From the IMG/VR virus record IMGVR_UViG_3300032167_000069: a DNA stretch of 64,000 nt, one strand, 5' to 3'. The position numbers and the translations under genes are program-made. How positions within the stretch are numbered: the first letter of the stretch is position 1; the number at the start of each line of letters is the position of its first letter. The notes below the pieces were generated by a model. The model made no database searches and was not told where the DNA came from. It worked only from the letters and a program-made list of their open reading frames with translations. The DNA comes from a virus (Duplodnaviria; Heunggongvirae; Uroviricota; Caudoviricetes). This document shows, piece by piece, positions 56,460 to 64,000 of the stretch.

Positions 56460-57208
56460 CAAATATTGTTTTAAACGAAAAGGCTTGTGCGGAATACGCA
56501 CTTGAGAACTTAACGCTTGGCTCAAAGCCAGTAGAGACACTTGGAAGAGTTGCACGATATTATTATAGTGAGGGTTATAAAAAGCGAGAAATCGGTAATT
56601 TGTTAGAGGATTTTATGTTAAAGTGTGACCCAACAATTAATATTGTTAAATGGCAAGCGGCAATTGATAGACAAGTCAACTCCGCTGATAAATACGAACT
56701 CATTGACATTTCTGGCATTGCCATAACAAAGGCTGAGATTGAGGCAATCCAAAAGATTGACGGCAAATTGCTTCAAAGACTGATGTTTACGATGTTATGC
56801 CTTGCTAAATATGGTAATGCAATAAATCCCAATAATAACAATTGGGTTAACCGTAAAGACAAGGAGATATTCAGTCTTTCAAATATTGCAATTACCACAA
56901 AAAAACAATCTTTGATGGTCAATGATCTGTGGTCTCTGGGATACATAGGCTATAGCCGTGTTGTCGATAACGTTAATATAAATGTGAAGATAATCAACGA
57001 TAATAGCCCCACCGAAATATTTATAACCGATTTTAGGAATTTGGGAAACCAATATATGCGTTATTGTGGCGAGAAATATATTGAGTGTCAAAGTTGTGGA
57101 AAAATCGTTAAACAAAATAAGAACGTCCAGAAATATTGTAGAGAATGTGCTATAGAAATTGACCGCCAGAAAGCTATCGAAAGATACCATAAACGGCTTA
57201 TTTCTTAA
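56456..57208 (+). CDS. Hypothetical protein with a C-terminal zinc ribbon
   Basis: CQSCGK...CRECA. Confidence 0.45.
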   Translation: MTNIVLNEKACAEYALENLTLGSKPVETLGRVARYYYSEGYKKREIGNLLEDFMLKCDPTINIVKWQAAIDRQVNSADKYELIDISGIAITKAEIEAIQKIDGKLLQRLMFTMLCLAKYGNAINPNNNNWVNRKDKEIFSLSNIAITTKKQSLMVNDLWSLGYIGYSRVVDNVNINVKIINDNSPTEIFITDFRNLGNQYMRYCGEKYIECQSCGKIVKQNKNVQKYCRECAIEIDRQKAIERYHKRLIS

Positions 57209-57348
57209 TTTATCAATACAATTATAAACAATATTTTCGATTTGAGCATTTCCAGAAAGGTGCGAGAAATCGCATCTTTTTGGGGTTGGTTCAATCTGTC
57301 TATAATGATAGAAAATAAACATTTTTCGGAACGAAAGGATATTTTTAA

Positions 57349-57495
57349 TGATTAAAATTACTCAACAAGAAGCAAAACTTATCAGAAAATATTATCCGTA
57401 TGTCAATATTACACGAACTGTACACAAGTACTATATGGATGAAAATGATAAGGCGATTAAGTTTCTAAAAAACTATAACACGAATAAGGAGTGAG
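57349..57495 (+). CDS. Small hypothetical protein (48 aa, below the ORF-track threshold)
   Basis: gaaagga RBS-like sequence about 10 nt before the ATG. MIKITQQEAKLIRKYY... Confidence 0.25.
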
Positions 57496-57498
57496 GGC

Positions 57499-58725
57499 GT
57501 GAGCGTTTATGTTAATTTTCAAAAAAGCCCCGACGAATCTGAGCTCCAATATATTTGGAGATTATGCTCAGCAAAAGACTCTGGAGTTATTGAATTAACA
57601 TGGCAAGAGCTCGCTGAGATGCTCAACAAACAATTGATTGACGATGAAGAAGATTATCTTGGAGAGTCTGCCTACAGAAAGAAATATCAGCAGGCAAAGG
57701 CTTTTTATGATGAAGTCTTTTCCAAAATGATTTCAGATGAATATCATAGTCAAATATCATCTATGCGTCGGGAACTCCAAAAAGAGCGTTATAAGCTACA
57801 GACTGAAAAGTTGGAGTATAATAGATGGCTTCGTGAAGATGCCAGAGATGAGTTATTTGAAGAAAAGGTTATTGAGGCAATAACTAAAAACACAAAAGTT
57901 TCTGAGCCTCCTAAAACAATCGAAGTGGTTCACGGCAAACGTGTGGGCGTACTATGCCTCGCTGATTGCCACTTTGGTAAGGAGTATAAGATTTATGGAT
58001 TATTTAATGAGATAATCAATGAATACAGTCCTGAAATTTTTTATTCTCGTATGGAGCAGATATACAATGAAACGATTGAGCAGATTGAAAAAGAAAATCT
58101 ATCTGTTATACATATATACAATCTTGGTGATAGCGTTGAGGGCTTCATTAGAAATTCTCAACTGTGGAGTTTGCGTTACGGCGTAATCGACTCCGCAACA
58201 ATATTCGGCAACTATATGGGTGACTGGCTGAGAAAATTATCTGAAAAAGTTTCTATCATATATTTCCAAACAGACGGTAATCACGATGAGTTAAGACTGT
58301 TAGATGGAAAGAAAGGTCAGCATTTATGTGAATCTGCTGGAAAAATAATTAAGAATTGCATTGTTTTAAAAAATGAAGGGAATCCGAATTTTCAGTACGT
58401 TGAAAACAAAACAGGTTTAATCTTTGATAACGTTTGTGGTTATAACATTCTCGGAATACACGGCGAGGTTAAAGATTTATCAAAAGCTATACAAGAATAT
58501 GACAATTTGTATGATACAAAAATTTCATATCTAATCGGTGGTCATAAGCATCACGGTGAGTTTAAAAACTGTGGTGTAAGAAAAGGTTGCATTGGTGTTG
58601 GTTCAATTATCGGTAGCGACGAATTTTCAATGACTATACGACAATGTGCTGATGCAACTGCTTCCTTCCTTGTGTTTGAAGAAGGTAAAGGAAAAGTTGA
58701 TGAACATACATACGTTTTAAATTAA
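57499..58725 (+). CDS. Calcineurin-like metallophosphoesterase (SbcD/Mre11-like nuclease family)
   Basis: LADCHFG, GDSVEG, GNHDE, GIHGE and GGHKHHGE motifs. Confidence 0.55.
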   Translation: MSVYVNFQKSPDESELQYIWRLCSAKDSGVIELTWQELAEMLNKQLIDDEEDYLGESAYRKKYQQAKAFYDEVFSKMISDEYHSQISSMRRELQKERYKLQTEKLEYNRWLREDARDELFEEKVIEAITKNTKVSEPPKTIEVVHGKRVGVLCLADCHFGKEYKIYGLFNEIINEYSPEIFYSRMEQIYNETIEQIEKENLSVIHIYNLGDSVEGFIRNSQLWSLRYGVIDSATIFGNYMGDWLRKLSEKVSIIYFQTDGNHDELRLLDGKKGQHLCESAGKIIKNCIVLKNEGNPNFQYVENKTGLIFDNVCGYNILGIHGEVKDLSKAIQEYDNLYDTKISYLIGGHKHHGEFKNCGVRKGCIGVGSIIGSDEFSMTIRQCADATASFLVFEEGKGKVDEHTYVLN

Positions 58726-58733
58726 CGATTATT

Positions 58734-59780
58734 TTGAAAGGAGTGACTTGCGTGGCGAGGAAAACGAAGATGAATTTATTGACAAGCGAAGAGTTAATTA
58801 AGCAGGTCAATCCAGAAAACTTACGATTAAAAAAGGACTTCTTGGCTTACCTACAATCTTTGCAAAGAAGTCCTAAAACTATATATTGTTACGAAAATGA
58901 CCTTGATATATTTTTTGTTTGGAATGCTCAAAATAATGGGAATAAATTCTTCCCCCAGATAACCAAAAGAGATTTGGTAGCATATCAACACTGGTTATTA
59001 AATGAAAATGGCAACTCCCCCGCTCGTGTTCGTAGATTAAAATCTACAATATCTTCTCTAAGCAATTATATTGAAAGTATTTGTGATGACGAACCAGAGT
59101 TTCAAGGATTTCGTTCTATAATTAAGAAAGTTGAAAATCCTGTTAATCAACCAGTCAGAGAGAAGACTGTTTTGAAGGATGAGCAATTGGATGATTTGCT
59201 AAATTATTTAGTAGAAAAGAAAAAATATGAAAAAGCCTGTATGCTTGCTTTAGCAATGTGTTCGGGAAGACGTAAAGCTGAGCTTGTTAGATTTAAAGTT
59301 TCTTACTTTGATGATGAAAATATTATATATGGTTCACTTTATAAAACACCGGAGAAAGTTAAAACAAAAGGTCACGGTAACGGGAAATACATAAATTGCT
59401 ATACGCTATACCATAAATTTAAGCCTTATCTTGATTTATGGCTTAAAGAGCGTAAGATTCTTGGAATAGAAAGTGAATGGCTCTTCCCAAACAAATCAAA
59501 TCACGAGGAGCATTTGAAACCCGAAACATTAAATAGCTGGGCTAATACATTTACCAGAATATTGGGTGTAGATTTTTATTGGCACTGTTTAAGACATTAC
59601 TTTACCACTCATTTAGTTCGTATGGGGCTTCCTGATGGTGTAATTCAAGATATTATAGGTTGGTCATCGGCTGATATGTTGAGGTTATATACAGATATTC
59701 CTGTAGATGAACAATTAGGTAAGTATTTTGATGAAAACGGTATTAAGTCGGTAGAAAAGAAATCTATATCTGATTTATAA
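58734..59780 (+). CDS. Tyrosine recombinase (XerD/integrase-like)
   Basis: WHCLRHYFTTH gives HxLRH. C-terminal LRLYTDI carries the catalytic Tyr. An N-terminal SAM-like core-binding domain is present. Confidence 0.6.
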   Translation: MKGVTCVARKTKMNLLTSEELIKQVNPENLRLKKDFLAYLQSLQRSPKTIYCYENDLDIFFVWNAQNNGNKFFPQITKRDLVAYQHWLLNENGNSPARVRRLKSTISSLSNYIESICDDEPEFQGFRSIIKKVENPVNQPVREKTVLKDEQLDDLLNYLVEKKKYEKACMLALAMCSGRRKAELVRFKVSYFDDENIIYGSLYKTPEKVKTKGHGNGKYINCYTLYHKFKPYLDLWLKERKILGIESEWLFPNKSNHEEHLKPETLNSWANTFTRILGVDFYWHCLRHYFTTHLVRMGLPDGVIQDIIGWSSADMLRLYTDIPVDEQLGKYFDENGIKSVEKKSISDL

Positions 59781-59783
59781 CGA

Positions 59784-60092
59784 ATGAAAGGATTTATAAA
59801 TATGTTAAAAAGAAATGATATTATTGAGCGACTTGCTCAAAAAGGATATACAAAAAAGGATGCGGGAATTATTCTTGATGACATCATTAAGATGATCACG
59901 GAGGCTCTTGTTGACGGCGAGAGTGTACAAATTCACGGCTTTGGTACATTTGATGTTAAAGAATGTGCTCCGAGAGAAACTGTGGATTTACAGACAAAAC
60001 AGAGAATAGTTATACCTGCATACAAAGCTCCAAAGTTTACTGCCGGAAAACTATTAAAACGTGCGGTTAAAGAGGGCTTTTTAAGAGAATAG
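59784..60092 (+). CDS. HU/IHF-family DNA-binding protein
   Basis: LAQKGYTKKDAGIILDDIIKMITEAL...GFGTF...R...P matches the HU fold signature. Confidence 0.6.
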   Translation: MKGFINMLKRNDIIERLAQKGYTKKDAGIILDDIIKMITEALVDGESVQIHGFGTFDVKECAPRETVDLQTKQRIVIPAYKAPKFTAGKLLKRAVKEGFLRE

Positions 60093-60106
60093 GTCGGTGA
60101 TGTGCT

Positions 60107-61150
60107 ATGCCTAAAACAAGTAAAGTTCAAACAATGAGTACAAAGCCGAAGCAAGCTTCTCCAGTTGAAGATATGCCTACTTCATTTTATTGCAGTAGAT
60201 GTCATCGGACGCATAAGAAGCAAAAAGGTAATTATCCCGCTTCTCAATCTCCGCTCTACAAGGGTAATGGCGGTTATCTAAACCATTGCAACCATTGTAT
60301 TGACGAGATGTTTGAACATTACAAGGCAGCCCTTGGCGATGAGCCTGAAGCTATCAGAAGAATTTGCTTAAAATTTGATATATATTGGAATATGGAAATA
60401 TATTCAATGTTAAATAAAGCAAGCACAAGCCAATCTCGTGTAAGAGCATATATAAGCAAAACAAATTTGTATAAGTATATCGGCAAAACATTCGACGATA
60501 CGCTTGATGAAGAATATGCTGCAAGTTTAGAGGCGGAACAATTAAAAGATATTGTAATTACCGATACAGAAAATATTCCCGAAGTCGAGGGTGTCGAAAT
60601 TTCTCCAGACATAGTTGAATTTTGGGGAACTGGCTTTGAACCCAATTTTTATCTCGAACTTGACAGAAAATACAAATACTGGACTGAGGGATTACCACAG
60701 AAACCTGAAAAGGGCGAAGAAGCAATATACAAGCAGGTTTGTATTTTAGAGGCTACAATCAACAGAGACAGTGCTGCTGGCAAATCTATTGAAAAGAATG
60801 TTAATGCATTAAACACGCTTCTTGGTAGTGCAAATTTAAAGCCAAGCCAGAAGAAACAAGACGAAGCTATTGATACAGCTTTTGACAGTAAACCATTTGG
60901 TGTTGGCATTAGATTATATGAAAATTCAAAGCCTATTCCTGAGCCTGATCCTGAATTACAGGACGTTGATGGAATAGTTAAATATATTTCAATTTGGTTC
61001 TTAGGGCATTTGTGTAAAATGCTTGGTATTAAAAATACATATTGCAAACTTTACGAGCAAGAGCTTGAAAAAATGCGTATTGATAATCCAGAGTTAGAAG
61101 AGGAAGACGACGAAACGTTGTTTAACGATATATTTGGTAGTGAAACTTAA
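60107..61150 (+). CDS. Hypothetical protein with an N-terminal zinc ribbon; possible terminase small subunit by position
   Basis: CSRCHRTHKK...CNHC. It lies immediately upstream of the large terminase. Confidence 0.4.
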   Translation: MPKTSKVQTMSTKPKQASPVEDMPTSFYCSRCHRTHKKQKGNYPASQSPLYKGNGGYLNHCNHCIDEMFEHYKAALGDEPEAIRRICLKFDIYWNMEIYSMLNKASTSQSRVRAYISKTNLYKYIGKTFDDTLDEEYAASLEAEQLKDIVITDTENIPEVEGVEISPDIVEFWGTGFEPNFYLELDRKYKYWTEGLPQKPEKGEEAIYKQVCILEATINRDSAAGKSIEKNVNALNTLLGSANLKPSQKKQDEAIDTAFDSKPFGVGIRLYENSKPIPEPDPELQDVDGIVKYISIWFLGHLCKMLGIKNTYCKLYEQELEKMRIDNPELEEEDDETLFNDIFGSET

Positions 61151-62913
61151 TGGATACACAAGCAACGTCTCGCCTAAAAGCTGAAAGACAACAGCGTATT
61201 CTCGATGGTGTTGCAGCTTGGGCTGGATATTATCGTAGTAATCCACATCGTTTTGCTAAAGACTTCCTCCATCTTGATTTACATCTATTTCAAAAAATCT
61301 TGTTAGTAATTATGAACATATCTAACTCATTTGTTTTTATTGCCAGTCGTGGTATAGGTAAAACATTCTTGAGTGCTATATATTGCTGCATACGCTGTAT
61401 TCTTTATCCCGGAACAAAGATATGCATTGCGTCTGGTACGAGAGGACAGAGTATAAATGTTCTTGAAAAAATCATGACAGAATTAAAGCCTAACTCTCCT
61501 GAGTTAGCGTATGAGATTGATGATAAAGAAACTCATATGAATGGTAATAATGCGCAAATTATGTTTAAAAATGGTTCATTCATAAAGGTAGTAACCGCTG
61601 GCGATAGTAGCCGTGGTAACAGAGCTCATATACTCTTAATTGATGAGTTCAGAATGGTTAAAAAAGATATTATTGATACTATTCTCAAAAAGTTCTTATC
61701 AAATCCAAGACATCCTAAATATATGGACAAACCAGAATATAAACATAGAAAAGATTTAAAAGAACCAAATAAAACATTATACCTGTCATCCGCTTACTAC
61801 AAAGATCATTGGTCATACGTTAAGACTAAGGACAATTGTAAGTTTATGTTGGATGAACGAAGAAAAGATTTTGTTTGCGGTTTCCCATATCAGCTCGCTC
61901 TTAAAGAGGGATTGCTTATGGAGGAAACTGTTATTGAACAAATGACAGAATCGGATTTTAGTGAAATCAAATGGGGTATGGAAATGTGTGCCGAATTTTG
62001 GGGAGACTCAGACGGCACCTTTTTTAATTTTGAATCAATTGCAAAAAACAGAAAAATTCAATTTCCAATGTTACCAGATTCACTATCATCTAAACTATCA
62101 AATAATACCAAAGTTCGCATTCAGCCAAAACAAAATGGTGAAAAAAGAATATTGTCAGCCGATATAGCTCTTATGTCGAGTAGCAAACACAAGAACGACG
62201 CATCGGCAATATTCATAAATCAACTCTTCCCCACTAAGGCTGGGCGATATTCAAATAATATTATATACACAGAAACATCAGAAGGAGCTCACACAGAAGA
62301 CCAAGCTCTTCGCATAAGAAAATTATTCGAGGAGTACGAGTGCGATTACATCGTTCTTGACGTAAAAGGTGTTGGTTTAGGTGTATATGATGCTCTTGCA
62401 AGAGTTATTACCGACTCAGAAACAGGAGAAATTTATCCTGCTTTATCGTGTTGTAACAATCCTGAAATGGCTGCAAGATGTACAGATCGTGGAGCTGAAA
62501 AGGCTATATGGGCTATAAATGGCTCTGCTCGTTTTAACTCTGATTGTGCGATTTTGTTGCGAGAAGGATTTAAGACAGGAAAAATACGTTTATTAGCAAC
62601 TGAATATGACGGCGAAGAAGCTCTTGGAGGTATAAAAGGATATAACTCCCTATCTTCTTCAGATAAAATGATATTTACATTGCCGTATGTACATACAACT
62701 TTGTTAATTAGCGAACTTATTAACCTAAAACACGAAGAGTCGGGCGGACTGGTAAAAATCATCGAAAAAAGCGGTATGAGAAAAGATAGATATTCAAGCT
62801 TGAGCTACAATTATTATGTTGCGTGCCAACTTGAAAAGAATATTAAGAAACGTTCAAGTTCTGATGATATTAACAGTCTGTTTATGTTTAGAGCTCCAAA
62901 AATTAAACGATAA
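61150..62913 (+). CDS. terL: Terminase large subunit
   Basis: Walker A IASRGIGKT, Walker B ILLIDEF. 587 aa with a C-terminal nuclease-sized domain. Confidence 0.65.
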   Translation: MDTQATSRLKAERQQRILDGVAAWAGYYRSNPHRFAKDFLHLDLHLFQKILLVIMNISNSFVFIASRGIGKTFLSAIYCCIRCILYPGTKICIASGTRGQSINVLEKIMTELKPNSPELAYEIDDKETHMNGNNAQIMFKNGSFIKVVTAGDSSRGNRAHILLIDEFRMVKKDIIDTILKKFLSNPRHPKYMDKPEYKHRKDLKEPNKTLYLSSAYYKDHWSYVKTKDNCKFMLDERRKDFVCGFPYQLALKEGLLMEETVIEQMTESDFSEIKWGMEMCAEFWGDSDGTFFNFESIAKNRKIQFPMLPDSLSSKLSNNTKVRIQPKQNGEKRILSADIALMSSSKHKNDASAIFINQLFPTKAGRYSNNIIYTETSEGAHTEDQALRIRKLFEEYECDYIVLDVKGVGLGVYDALARVITDSETGEIYPALSCCNNPEMAARCTDRGAEKAIWAINGSARFNSDCAILLREGFKTGKIRLLATEYDGEEALGGIKGYNSLSSSDKMIFTLPYVHTTLLISELINLKHEESGGLVKIIEKSGMRKDRYSSLSYNYYVACQLEKNIKKRSSSDDINSLFMFRAPKIKR

Positions 62914-62936
62914 ATGAAAGGCGGTGATTGCCCGAA

Positions 62937-64000
62937 ATGAGTAACACAAAAAACAAGGAAATTGTTGTGTCAGACGGTGCAATTCCAAACAGTAATTCGG
63001 TTCATAATAAAAATATGAGCTTGGATAGTATGTTTCATATGCCGCAACGATTTTCTGCAATGAACAAACTCATATTAAGAGATTTGAACGGTGCCGCATC
63101 GTCGCCTACTTTCTATTTATATAGCAAAGATAAAATCACTGAGTTTTTGCAAAATCCATATACTAACGAGAAAAATATTAGAAATGCTGTAATTTATATT
63201 TATAGTGCGAGCTCGCATTTCAGACGACTTATTCAGTATTTTTCAAGTTTATCGGATTTGGCTTACGTTGTTTCTCCGCATAAAATCGACACTTCGACTG
63301 CCAAGCCGCAGTCAATCAGGCGAAACTATACAAAGGTTTTAAATTTATTATCATCTATGGATATAAAAAATCAGTTTGCAAAAGTGTTAACTGTATGTTT
63401 GCGTGAAGATGTGTTTTATGGAACCATGTGGGTAAATACAGATAGTGTAATTATTCAACAATTACCATCAGATTATTGTACCGTCGCAATCATAGAAGAT
63501 AATGTTTTAAATGTGTCGTTTGATTTCTCCTATTTTGACAGTAATGCAAAATATCTTGAAACATATCCACCTGAGTTTAAGGTGAAATATGCTGCATATC
63601 AAAAAGACAGAACCAATATGAAGTGGCAGGAGTTAGACTCCCCCACTTCTTTTGCTATAAAATGCAATAACGATATTTTGAATTATGCCGTACCTCCTTT
63701 TGTCGGCTTACTTAGAGAAATATACGATATTGAAGATTATAAACAATTAAAATTAACAAAAACCGAACTTGAAAACTATGCAATGCTCGTTATGACACTT
63801 GGTATTAATGACGAGGGTGAATGGGAAATGGATTTCGACAAAGCCAAAGAGTTCTGGAGGAACTTAGATAGTGTTTTGCCGGAAGAAATTGGTTCAATTT
63901 TAACACCGATGCCCATTAACAAAATAAGCTTTGAAAAGAATAATGTTGGTGATACCGACACGATATCTAAAGCCGAACAAAACCTATTTACCGCTGCCGG
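62937..64000 (+). CDS. Probable portal protein (partial; runs off the window end)
   Basis: ATG at 62937 preceded by aaaggcgg. The frame stays open to the end of the window. Position directly after terL. Confidence 0.4.
   Translation, partial: MSNTKNKEIVVSDGAIPNSNSVHNKNMSLDSMFHMPQRFSAMNKLILRDLNGAASSPTFYLYSKDKITEFLQNPYTNEKNIRNAVIYIYSASSHFRRLIQYFSSLSDLAYVVSPHKIDTSTAKPQSIRRNYTKVLNLLSSMDIKNQFAKVLTVCLREDVFYGTMWVNTDSVIIQQLPSDYCTVAIIEDNVLNVSFDFSYFDSNAKYLETYPPEFKVKYAAYQKDRTNMKWQELDSPTSFAIKCNNDILNYAVPPFVGLLREIYDIEDYKQLKLTKTELENYAMLVMTLGINDEGEWEMDFDKAKEFWRNLDSVLPEEIGSILTPMPINKISFEKNNVGDTDTISKAEQNLFTAA

Overview
This window reads as part of a large, AT-rich, tRNA-rich bacteriophage (or prophage) genome. 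It is gene-dense. Positions 1 to about 48000 are transcribed almost entirely leftward (minus strand). A GC-rich divergent control region lies at about 48.0-50.7 kb. From 50.7 kb the genes run rightward and include a perfect sigma70 promoter, an integrase, a sigma factor, the large terminase subunit and a likely portal.

The leftward arm carries an RNA-repair toolkit (RNA ligase, kinase/HD enzyme, Thg1-like protein, nucleotidyltransferase, several metallophosphoesterases), a DNA ligase, and a NAD+/ADP-ribose toolkit (NAMPT-like, PRPP-synthetase-like, PncA, NadE, NADAR, macro domain). It also carries a MazF-like toxin, a cysteine desulfurase, tRNA clusters, and a striking accessory block at about 30-42 kb.

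That block contains:
- an SPFH/flotillin-like protein;
- a retron-type (PQG/YADD) reverse transcriptase with a structured GC-rich ncRNA directly upstream;
- two further paralogous ncRNA loci sharing a conserved module of about 45 nt;
- a CLec/FGE-like protein whose C-terminus looks like a DGR variable region;
- a ThiF-like E1, a JAMM/JAB peptidase, a 487-aa unknown protein and a 76-aa ubiquitin-like beta-grasp protein;
- a helical + vWA(MIDAS) protein with Ro60/Rsr-like architecture.

Immediately beyond this block lies a family of six oversized (113-148 nt) tRNA-shaped ncRNAs that share an internal ACAGCAA motif.

The RT / multi-ncRNA / CLec / Ubl-E1-JAB neighbourhood and the tRNA-like family next to the Ro60-like gene are the best candidates for an undescribed system. 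All calls come from reading the sequence and motifs by eye; no database search was run.
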